A stretch of 64,000 nucleotides of DNA from contig NC_081332.1 in assembly GCF_022539665.2 (NCBI RefSeq), positions 5,580,001 to 5,644,000 of the forward strand, written 5' to 3'. Position numbers and translations under genes: made by a program. The notes beneath the pieces are model-generated. The model was not told the DNA's origin. It was given only the letters and a program-made list of their open reading frames with translations, and made no database searches. Positions 29,420 to 39,146 of this stretch are shown here, piece by piece. The stretch comes from Daphnia carinata. Taxonomy: Eukaryota. Positions within the stretch are counted from its first letter, which is position 1, and each line of letters begins with the position of its first letter.

Positions 29420-30777
29420 TCCTGCTAAGATTTGTTTTTTACGGGTATAGCTTTTATTCCATATATAGTACGGCAGAAATGTTTTGTATGCGAGAAAAAA
29501 AAAAGAATTGCTATTGAAAGTGTTTAAGAACGATATAGGTTCGCAAAAGGCTACATCCAGCCGTCTGCAAAAAGAACAAGATGGACTTTATCATTTCCGA
29601 TTCTCCTTTTTTTTTCCACCGTTTGTCCCCAATTTTTCTTGGCACATTTTCCTTTTCTTACCGTGCCCGTATGTTCACTATATCGACGACATGACCAAGA
29701 CATATCTTCAGCGTCACCGAATATGTATATACGTACAGCACACCAACCACTGTTTTCCATTTCCTCTGTTTTTCGTTCAATATGTTACGCAATTATTGCC
29801 TGCTTCCAAAATTCTTTGGCTCTTCCATCACGTCATTGGGTTGTGATCTATTTTTCTTTTGTTTCAATCTTTTGTTTGGGGCCATGTTGTTGTCATTCAA
29901 GAACCCCACCAGCTTCAACTGTTCGGCTCAAAGCGATCTTGCGCTGATGACGGAGACACGAGTGTTCGTAAATCATTGAATTCCGGGGCGTAATGACGTT
30001 AGATACGAGGTGGCATCGTTGTTTTGTGAGGAAGTAATGAAGAATATTGATGTATAGTACACTTGGGGAATCTCGTAAATTGCTCGGAACGTGGAGAGAA
30101 TTCGTGTTCGTACAAAAAGACAACCAGAAAGTTTGACAAGTTTTAATTTCATCCAGGCGCTCGTGTCCCTCGTTCCTCGCATAAGCATGAAGCTTCTAAA
30201 CTCGTTTAATATCGATAACAAGGAAAAAGCTGGCCCCATCTTTCGGCTTTGCTTCATTAATTTTCTGACCATATAATCTTTTTCTGTCTGAATTTACTCG
30301 GTAAAAACTTGGGGCACGAATACTTATTGTTTCAATTCATGGTACTTAACCAAGTAACCCCCATCTAGAGAAGTGTATGTACAAATAACAAAACTGAAAT
30401 AACAATCAGCATCAAGGATCTTTCAGCTCCCAGCATACAGAACGACCATTACGCCCTGCTTTTCTTACCCGTCAATTCTGCTTTACATTTTTCCTTTACC
30501 AATTTCCTTTACATTTTACCCGCTGTTAATTGTGCAGTTTTGGTGAAGTCATTTTTAGCCGCTGCGGCTATTAGCTGCAGGAAAGAAAAATCTTCTTGTG
30601 CCTATTGTCACGGTATGTTTGAAATTGCATCAAAGTATGTGGATGTTCCAAGATGCTGAAACAAATAGATTTTTTTTTGTAACTGTAAAGTACTAGGAAA
30701 CCACTACCAAAACCGTCTGATGGTTTCTATAATCAAATTAGTAAACTCCGACAATCACTGTACACCATGTACAAATT

Positions 30778-31749
30778 TCATTTAGCATAGGGAGGTTTAA
30801 CCAGCGCGGCACCTTCTTTTGCCTCAAAGAAAGTGTACGACAGTGTGATCGATTCAATGTTTTCCATGCGCGGGTCTTCACCGAAATCAGGGTCGATGTA
30901 AAAGAAAACCGGCATATCCACCTGATAAGGCAAAAACAAAAACAAGGCTGTAGGAAACAAAAAGTAGTAATTGTTAATGACCGACTTACCTGTTCGTTGG
31001 GGTTGAGACGCTGCTCTTCAAAGCAGAAACATTGAATCTTGTTGAAGTACTGTCCAGCTTCAAAAGGTACAACATTATATGTGCTAACTCCATCAATGGG
31101 TCTATTAGTTCTATTTGTTGCAGTATAGAAAGCCAAAGCAGTTTCTCCAAGGGCAACCTAAAATGGGAAAGTGAATTTGGAAGACGTATATACTTTGAAA
31201 TTTACTATGTATACTTTGATTTCAGTCTGCTGTGGTTTGAAATCCCATGTCAGGCTTGATGAAGTGTCAGCATTAAACCTGTTCAGTTTGAAAAGAAAAA
31301 TTGTAGGTAAAGGTATGTGAAAATATGGTTTGTATAAAAACCTAATCTTTAAAATCCTTTTGGAATTAGGTACAATATTCGCCAAGCCTTCAGCATTGTG
31401 GTTAGCAGACGTTGTTCCACCATAGCTGTAGGACTGAACAAATTTTTAATTTTAAATCATACAAATAGTGGAAAAATCAAATTACCTGACAAAATAATCG
31501 ATAAAGAGGAACTGCCGCATAACTCAGACCACCGACGAGAACTCCAAGGGCAATTACATAATAAACAGTAGATTTGTTTCTCACTCCGCCCTGATACCGA
31601 TGTTGATTACTATTACAACAATGAGTGGTTGTGAATGATCTCACTAATGCTCTCGTATTGTGTGCCGGTCTACCATTCAGCCACGTTATTCGGAAGCATT
31701 TGGAAAAATTTGGTAACTTTGACGTAAACGTTAATATTTCAAGTAACAT
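30778..31749 (-). CDS. COX11: Cytochrome c oxidase assembly protein COX11, mitochondrial (5 exons: 31749-31486, 31433-31342, 31278-31215, 31157-30990, 30921-30778)
   Basis: SYAAVPLYRLFCQ, FNADTS...W.FKPQQ, GETALAFY, YFNKIQCFCFEEQRL (Cu-binding CFCF) and VDMPVFFYIDP...ITLSYTFF. All introns are GT-AG and join in frame. Confidence 0.97.
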
Positions 31750-32162
31750 TTTTCACTGAAGATGTATTCCATAACAGACGACGAAGTTTCTTCGCAACTG
31801 CTTAACTTGGAGCTATTTTTCGCCCAGAGATGGCGAATGAATGTTCAGGATTACAACTGGGTCTCAGCTGGATGCTGGCGCGCCAATACATTTCAGCACT
31901 TAGTTACGGCAATCCATAATTATTGTGTCATTATTGTGTATTATTATGGCAATCCGTTTTACATAAAAAAAAAAAAAAAAAAATGGCGGAAAAAAAAAAT
32001 AAAAAATCGCACTTTTTTCTTTTTTTCCGACACGTAGCCATCTACCGCTCAGACTCATTATTACTGGCGTAGGCAATTTCAGTCCATTGGATGCCATTCG
32101 CAGTTAGTTCAGTAGCGTGGATGGAGAATAAAATAACGCGTGGCTGGAGGAACAATTGAAAA

Positions 32163-33544
32163 ATGGATAAGATAATACAACAAAAGGATGGTAAGTATAA
32201 ACATTATTATATTTGTTTTGAATTATTAATTATTGTTTATTAGATCAAATTATGGACCTGCAGGCTCAATTATTGCAACAGCACAAAATATTAGATAACA
32301 GCAAAGCTAAGGATGGTAAGGCCTAATACATAATGATTCTATTTATTTGCTTTTATTCATTTGTGTTTTGTAGCTCAAAGTTTGAGTCTACAAGCTCAGC
32401 TAGGGGAAAAGAACAAATTGGAACGGAACAGTTTCCAAACAGTGAAGGAGGTTTTTCCAAACTCAAACCTAACTGAACATGAGGATGAATTGGCATTAGG
32501 CGAACACATTCAGGTACATAAACTTTTCAAATAAGAATTCAAAATAAGTATAGAATTTTAACAAACAATTATTTATTGTTTAGATATTCAGTCTACCACC
32601 TGACAGTGTGTTAAATTTAAATTCTGTTAGTGCTGCACAAAAAGAATCGTTAGTAATAAGCCCATGCAGTGAAGGAAGTGAACAATTGTGGGACTGTATT
32701 TGGGCCGAAAATGGGTGTGGTACGGAAACCAAGATATGGCACAAGTTCAACATGAAACATGGATTAGGTACTTTTCGGTTTTATGTCTATTGAAAAAGTA
32801 TTTTTAATGCTATTATTTTGCATTCACAGAATTTAATGGGGGATCAAATCAAGTCTGGAAGTGTTACAGGATGGAAGAGTCAGCCTACAGATGAAAAAAC
32901 ACTGAGAGTGCATTACCATTAAGGTATGAGGTAAAGTAATAGAGTATGCACATTGTCTAATGAGAAGTACCATCTTGTGTTAATAAATCCAGTACAACAG
33001 CAATCCTTTATAGTTCTGTCACAGCTAGAAACCTCAAATAATTCTGCTTCTCTGTCTAAAGAACAACTTGTCCTTTACGTTCAGAGTGTTGGGGAAACAG
33101 GGTACTTAAATGGCCCTAAAGATGTTTTAATTTTGCTGCCATTGCAGAGATGAACATCATACATGGACTCTTTAGGTATGAAAGGATTTTTCTTCAAATA
33201 ATTTTGAATTTATGACGAAGAATTTCTCCTCCTTTTTGCCAACCAGGTCTAATCTACCAAAAAAAATTTTATCCAATAGGAAAGGATTTTCATGTACTGG
33301 GAACACAACTATCAACAATGCAACATTGTACAGGTGCTAGTTTATCATTCAACAGCCTTATACAATGATGTTAATCTGCAATTTGTATGTCCTTCCCCCA
33401 GCTTCCACCAGAAGTTGAATCTATGAGTCATGTAAGTTACATGATCAACAGTTGATATGTTTAACGGTGTTGTTTTTCTTTTCTCAATATAGGTTAATAG
33501 TAACATTGGATCTGAAAAAATTCTTGGTTGGGGCAAGACACTGA
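32163..33544 (+). pseudogene. Cassette A cargo: multi-exon gene of unknown function, reading frame disrupted in its 3' half
   Basis: The first exons splice in frame through GT-AG introns of ~55-70 nt: MDKIIQQKD/DQIMDLQAQLLQQHKILDNSKAKD/AQSLSLQAQLGEKNK...EHIQ/IFSLPPD...KHGL. Later exons contain stops or frameshifts. The last exon reads RLIVTLDLKKFLVGARH*. Confidence 0.6.
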
Positions 33545-33624
33545 ATAAATTGTATTGATTGGATGGATGACATGACATTTCTATACTTAATTCGGATTTC
33601 CCAGACGGTATTTGATATTTAAAA

Positions 33625-34006
33625 AATTGAAGTGCATATCTGGGCTCCCTTCTTTTCTGAAGCCCCGTTTCCCCTTGACTCGTAATAAGCCCGTAGGGGG
33701 TCATGCCCCTACTGTACGGTATATATAAAAACAACATATACCGAGGTTTGGAGGGCTCTGGCCGGAAAGGGGACGTGGGGTGCCGCTTAGTCCGATGATG
33801 TGTTCACGGAGGGCGATGTGGCTACCCACAAATCCGAACTAAAGGTTAATCGCTCCTGTAAAAATGTTCCAAATCTTCAGCTCTTCTTCCGGCTTCTCTT
33901 AGCCAATCACCGGGTAATCTCCCCGGTGGGTCAACAAGGCAGTGTCTCCCCCTGCCTGGGTTGACGGCAACTTTTGAAAGGGCTATTGTGCCTTTTTAAA
34001 GTTGCA
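33625..34006 (+). ncRNA. Conserved multi-hairpin element, copy A (candidate structured RNA or cis-element; family unknown)
   Basis: Shared with copies at 34915-35296 and 38781-39146. It has at least 6 stems, with a compensatory substitution and G-U pairs relative to copy C. Confidence 0.55.
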
Positions 34007-34215
34007 AAAATAATTGTAATGTGCAGAGAATTGTCAATAAATTTTTTTTTATAAATTTTTTTGCAACTTTTGTTTCTTTCACTGTCTGTTGTCACACATT
34101 ACATTTATCATCTTTTTTTTATTTAGCTTTCTCAATTCTCGTTTATTGTTTATGCCACGTTTAATGGTAAGCATTGTTTCCTGTAAGCATATATCTGTAA
34201 GCATTCAATTATTAT

Positions 34216-34278
34216 CCAGGCATCGAACCCTAGATGTTCGGCATTCCGTGCCGATGCTTTACCAATGAGCCATGAATC
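34216..34278 (-). promoter_or_regulatory. tRNA-like A-box/B-box sequence (pseudo-tRNA; no acceptor stem)
   Basis: Minus strand reads TGGCTCATTGGTAAAGCA-TCGGCA CGGAA TGCCGA-...GGTTCGATGCC. Confidence 0.65.
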
Positions 34279-34404
34279 ATGTGATGTCAAGTTGGCTTTT
34301 TTCTAGTCACTTGCGGACTTGCATTTACACTTTGAATAAAACTGAAATGCAATACTGCAATATTATGTTCTCCATTTAGATGTAGATTTTTATACATCTA
34401 TAGT

Positions 34405-34464
34405 AAGGTTTGAACCCAGGGTAGCAGTTATCGCAGTTGAATGCTCTACCACATAGCTATGGAC
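34405..34464 (-). promoter_or_regulatory. tRNA-like A-box/B-box sequence (pseudo-tRNA)
   Basis: Minus strand reads TAGCTATGTGGTAGAGCA...GGGTTCAAACC. Confidence 0.6.
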
Positions 34465-34565
34465 ATTATAAAAGCAATACAAAGATAAACATATAGTTGT
34501 GAAAGACTGCATAAACATCCTAGACGATAACATATGATATGCGATAATATAAAATTTAGACATAT

Positions 34566-34626
34566 CTCGTGGCTCAATGTTAGAGCATCGGCGTTGCACG
34601 CTGAATGTCTGAGGATCGATTCCCAT
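34566..34626 (+). promoter_or_regulatory. tRNA-Ala-like A-box/B-box sequence (pseudo-tRNA)
   Basis: TGGCTCAATGTTAGAGCA, stem TCGGC/GCTGA around loop GTTGCAC (TGC at the anticodon position), GGATCGATTCC. No acceptor stem. Confidence 0.65.
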
Positions 34627-34914
34627 GCCAGTAAAACAATATACAAATACAAAATTACTTCAGAAAATATCAAGGTATTACACGTTGTTCCTTGTCTAAG
34701 TTCATGAATTCAAAAAGTGTAATAAATAATAATTGAATACTTACAGATAAACGATACAACGGTGGCAAAAACAATAAAATTGAATTGCGCAAGCTGAATA
34801 AAAAAAAATTGATAAATGTAATGTGTGAACACAGACAATGAAGGCAACAAATTTTGCAAAAAAATTTTATAAAAAAAAATTTATTGACAATTCTCTGCAC
34901 ATTACAATTATTTT

Positions 34915-35296
34915 TGCAACTTTAAAAAGGCACAATAGCCCTTTCAAAAGTTGCCGTCAACCCAGGCAGGGGGAGACACTGCCTTGTTGACCCACCGGGG
35001 AGATTACCCGGTGATTGGCTAAGAGAAGCCGGAAGAAGAGCTGAAGATTTGGAACATTTTTACAGGAGCGATTAACCTTTAGTTCGGATTTGTGGGTAGC
35101 CACATCGCCCTCCGTGAACACATCATCGGACTAAGCGGCACCCCACGTCCCCTTTCCGGCCAGAGCCCTCCAAACCTCGGTATATGTTGTTTTTATATAT
35201 ACCGTACAGTAGGGGCATGACCCCCTACGGGCTTATTACGAGTCAAGGGGAAACGGGGCTTCAGAAAAGAAGGGAGCCCAGATATGCACTTCAATT
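34915..35296 (-). ncRNA. Conserved multi-hairpin element, copy B
   Basis: Reverse complement of copy A; no differences seen by eye. Confidence 0.55.
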
Positions 35297-35376
35297 TTTT
35301 AAATATCAAATACCGTCTGGGAAATCCGAATTAAGTATAGAAATGTCATGTCATCCATCCAATCAATACAATTTAT

Positions 35377-36750
35377 TCAGTGTCTTGCCCCAACCAAGAA
35401 TTTTTTCAGATCCAATGTTACTATTAACCTATATTGAGAAAAGAAAAACAACACCGTTAAACATATCAACTGTTGATCATGTAACTTACATGACTCATAG
35501 ATTCAACTTCTGGTGGAAGCTGGGGGAAGGACATACAAACTGCAGATTAACATCATTGTATAAGGCTGTTGAATGATAAACTAGCACCTGTACAATGTTG
35601 CATTGTTGATAGTTGTGTTCCCAGTACATGAAAATCCTTTCCTATTGGATAAATTTTTTTTTGGTAGATAAGACCTGGTTGGCAAAAAGGAGGAGAAATT
35701 CTTCGTCATAAATTCAAAATTATTTGAAGAAAAATCCTTTCATACCTAAAGAGTCCATGTATGACGTTCATCTCTGCAATAGCAGCAAAATTAAAACATC
35801 TTTAGGGCCATTTAAGTACCCAGTTTCCCCAACACTCTGAACGTAAAGGACAAGTTGTTCTTTAGACAGAGAAGCAGAATTATTTGAGGCTTCTAGCTGT
35901 GACAGAACTATAAAGGATTGCTGTTGTACTGGATTCATTAACACAAGATGGTACTTCTCATTAGGCAATTTGCATTACTCTATTAATTTACCTCACACCT
36001 TATGGTAATGCACTCTGTTTTTTCATCTGTAGGCTCACTCTTCCATCCTGTAACACTTCCAGACTTGATTTGATCCCCCATTAAAATCTGTGGATGCAAA
36101 ATAATAGAATTAAAAATACTTTTTCAATAAACAAAAAACTGAAAAGTACCTAATCCATGTTTTATGTTGAACTCATGCCATTTCTGGGTTTCCGTACCAC
36201 ACCCATTTTTGGCCCAACTACGGTCCCACAATTCTTCAGTTCCTTCGCTGCAAGGACTTATTATTAATGATTCTTTTAGTACAGCACTAACAGAATTTTA
36301 ATTTAACACACTGTCAGGTGGTGGACTGAATAACTAAACAATAAATAATTGTTTTTTAAAATTCTATACTTATTTTGAATTCTTATTTGAAAACTTTAGG
36401 TACCTGGCTGTGTTCGCCTAGTGCCAACTCATCCTCACGTTCAGTTAGGGATGAGTTTTGAAAAACCTCCTTCACTGTTTGGAAACTGTTCCGTTCCAAT
36501 TTGTTCTTTTCCCCTAGCTGAGCTTGATGACTCAAAATTTGAGCTACAAAACACGAATGAATAAAAGCAAATAAATGGAATCATTACGTGTTAGGCCTAC
36601 GAACCTTAGCTTTGTTATCTAATATTTTGTGTTGTTCCAATAACTGGGCCTGCAGCTTCATAATTTGATCTAATAAACAATAATTAATAATTGAAAACCA
36701 ATATAATAATGTTCATACTTACCATTTTTTTGTTTTATTATCTTATCCAT
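35377..36750 (-). pseudogene. Cassette B cargo: paralog of the cassette A gene, also disrupted
   Basis: Mirror of 32163-33544 with the same splice sites and scattered substitutions/indels. One exon that is broken in A is open here (ILMGDQIKSGSVTGWKSEPTDEKTECITIRCE). Confidence 0.55.
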
Positions 36751-37445
36751 TTTTCAATTGTTCCTCCAGCCACGCGTTATTCTCCATCCACGCTAATGAG
36801 CTAACTGCGAATGGAATCCAATGGACTGAAATCGCCTACGCCAGTAATAACGAGTCTGAGCGGTAGATGGCTACGTGTCGGAAAAAAGGAAAAAGTGCGA
36901 TTTTTTTTTTTTTTTTTCCGCCTTTTTTTTTTTTTATGTAAAACGGATTGCCATAGGGGAATAGCTAAGTTTTTGAAAAAAATAAAATAAAAAATGAGAA
37001 AACCCGGGCTTATTTTGTTGGGCTTATTTTAAAAGCTGGCCGAACATAATTGCCCGCGGACGGCGCTGCAAGTTCACCAGCCTCTAGCGGCTGAAATCAA
37101 AACTATTTTTTGACATGTGATTCTCATTGTTTACTTTGTTGTTACGTTGAAAGCGTGTATTTGAGTTTACTTCGTCGGAATAGCTTGTTGTTTTTACCTC
37201 CACCCCTATTATTGATGTGCAAATTTTACGCTGCTTCGTTACCAACACAAAATGTAAGCTGTTGGACATAGAACAAGGTAATATTAACGTACTTTTGGAA
37301 AACCAGGTCTCATGTTGTATCATTCTGGATTAAGCCATTGTTACAAGCGTGGTAGCATTCATTTCTCAATGCAACAAAATATTCACAGTCTGTAACAGAA
37401 GATTTTTTTATTGAATAAACCTTTAAAGCTTTGAAGTGGTATATA

Positions 37446-37960
37446 TACAGGTTGTACCTTAAAATTGAACTTTAAGAACTTTGAAAGGCCATGTTATGTT
37501 AATTTACTATAGTTTACGGTTGAAACTACGCAGATCTTTTGTAACTTGTTAAGGAGAACATAGTTCATTTTTTTAATTTTCGAAATTTTAACTTGCAGTA
37601 TAACTTCCGGTTTGACAAAGCCTAATAACTCACTATCTATTGGTCTGAATGAAAAAAGAACCACGTTTTCGTAATCCTCGTGAAATTTGGGGTCGAATCC
37701 ATGTGTCAGTAGAAAATACCCGAAAATCGTCAAAAATCGCAATTTCCCTGAACTTTAAGTTCAGGAAAAATCGCGATTTTGGCCAAATTGGACTTTTTGC
37801 CAAAAACAGGTCAAAATAGGTCAGACACATCTTAAATTTCACGAGGATCACGAAAATCATATTTGTTTTGTTGTGGGCCCAGTATTTCTGGAGATATAGG
37901 CTACTTCCGGTTACTTCCGGTTACTTCCGGTAATTTTTTTTTTCGACTTCGCAAAAAGTA
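37446..37960. mobile_element. Non-autonomous DNA-transposon/MITE-like fragment with an internal fold-back
   Basis: Begins TA-CAGG. A 23-bp inverted repeat (37666-37688 vs 37834-37856, 22/23 match) surrounds the palindrome CCTGAACTT-T-AAGTTCAGG, and (TACTTCCGGT)x3 lies at 37902-37931. No matching second terminus was found. Confidence 0.45.
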
Positions 37961-38134
37961 AAAAATGAACATTAATATTCCAAACATTTTAAGCATTTTG
38001 ATCATGAATGAAATGGGGTGGCGGCTTTTTTCGTGTTTGTTTTGCTACTTCATTATTGGTTGATCGCGCGAGTTGCATATACTTATAACACTACTTCGTA
38101 CTTCATCCTGGCACGCTACGGGAAATTACTTAAT

Positions 38135-38200
38135 ACCAATAGCTCTGAGGTAGAGCGTGTGACTACGGGAATCGAAAGTCAAGAGTTCGAGTCACGTCTG
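38135..38200 (+). promoter_or_regulatory. tRNA-like A-box/B-box sequence (pseudo-tRNA)
   Basis: TAGCTCTGAGGTAGAGCG...GAGTTCGAGTC. Confidence 0.55.
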
Positions 38201-38402
38201 GATCCTCCGTGCCAGAGGATTGAGATATGGTTCCTACTGTAGATAAGTTTTCTTTGTACAAAAAATGAATCGCTTTATTGTGTTTATAGGTGACATTCCG
38301 AGATGGAAATATTAAATTGCGTTGGGACGCACAACAATATTATTACAAGTGCAAATAGGTTTCCTTCAAAAGACATGGAAAAATAGTTAATTAATTTTCA
38401 AG

Positions 38403-38464
38403 ACTCATGGCTCTATGGTTGAGCATCAGCGTCGCATGCCAGATATCAGGGGTTCAATCCCCTC
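38403..38464 (+). promoter_or_regulatory. tRNA-Ala-like A-box/B-box sequence (pseudo-tRNA)
   Basis: TGGCTCTATGGTTGAGCA, loop GTCGCAT (CGC at the anticodon position), T-arm-like AGGGG-TTCAAT-CCCCT. Confidence 0.65.
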
Positions 38465-38780
38465 AAAATATAATGCGTGTATATTATTCAATATCATTGA
38501 TGCACATAAAGTGGTAGAATCTCCATGAAGTGAGATTAAAGTGCATCGTTCCATAAACAATGAAGTCGTCTAACAACGAAATATACTCCTATGATTGGGA
38601 ACAGCAAAAATTGAGAATATAACGTATACGTCTATAAAATGACATTGGGACATAAATAGGGAAATGTTCACATTAGTGAACAGTGCAGAGCAACAGCACG
38701 ACAGTAAAAAAGATAAGATCTGTCACTTTTTTTTTTTTTACAGCATTTGTATTGACAATATTCGGCACAATTTAAAGACT

Positions 38781-39146
38781 TGCAACTTTGAAAGGGCAAA
38801 ATAGCCGATTTCAAAGTTGCTGTCAACCAAGGTAGGGGGAGACACTACCTCAGTTGACTCACCGGGGAGATTACCCGGTGCGTGGCTAAGAGAAGCCGGA
38901 AGAAGAGCGAAGGTTGCGGACAAGCTTTTACGTGAGCGATTAACTGTTAATTCGGATTTTTGGGTAGCCCCATAGCCTTCCAATGATATCATCGGACCAT
39001 GAGGACCCCCACGTCCCCTTTCCAGACAGCGCACTCACAACCGTTACTGCTGATCACAGTAGGGGCATGACCCCCTACGGGCTTATTAAAAATCAAGGGG
39101 AAACGGGGCCACAGAAAAGAAGGGAGCCCAGATATGCACTTCAATT
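38781..39146 (-). ncRNA. Conserved multi-hairpin element, copy C (divergent)
   Basis: Blocks identical to copy B (GAAAAGAAGGGAGCCCAGATATGCACTTCAATT, CAGTAGGGGCATGACCCCCTACGGGCTTATTA, TGGCTAAGAGAAGCCGGAAGAAGAGC, CACCGGGGAGATTACCCGGTG) separated by variable segments. Confidence 0.55.

Larger units (their letters stand above)
1..30300. other. Long non-coding, low-complexity region (large intron(s) or intergenic/regulatory DNA)
   Basis: All ORFs are short and dominated by poly-F/poly-K/CVCV/HTHT translated from A/T runs and dinucleotide repeats. No recognisable protein motif. Confidence 0.75.
31945..36955. repeat. ~5-kb inverted repeat (palindrome): left arm 31945-~34215, right arm ~34720-36955, diverged spacer of ~0.5 kb
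   Basis: Ends TATGGCAATCCGTTTTACAT...ATGTAAAACGGATTGCCATA. ORF 33345-33737(-) is identical to ORF 35184-35576(+). ORF 32953-33153(+) and ORF 35768-35968(-) differ at only a few residues. Confidence 0.97.

Noticed and set aside
356..30276. The many 60-195 aa ORFs in the first 30 kb
   Set aside because: Translations of homopolymers and microsatellites, many with non-ATG starts; no domains and no splice-consistent chains.
34915..35296. RNase MRP/P RNA (ACGGGGCT resembles the 3' strand of P4), SECIS (ATGA at 33795) or hammerhead ribozyme
   Set aside because: No GAAAGTCCCC/GGAAGGTCTGA partner, the SECIS GA quartet is not kept in copy C, and there is no CTGATGA...GAAA core.
33345..35576. Identical 130-aa ORFs at 33345-33737(-) and 35184-35576(+), and the 98-aa ORF at 38738-39034(-)
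   Set aside because: Identity comes from the palindrome. The 130-aa ORFs are antisense to the spliced cargo gene, and neither frame is preserved between A/B and C.
31946..36954. ISL2EU-like transposon with a 2-bp AT target-site duplication (AT|GGC...GCC|AT)
   Set aside because: AT is self-complementary, so it cannot be told apart from the inverted repeat itself. Homology of B to C extends beyond it to CCCC, and no transposase is visible.
34216..38464. Functional tRNA genes
   Set aside because: No acceptor stems, and irregular anticodon or T arms; reported as pseudo-tRNA boxes instead.
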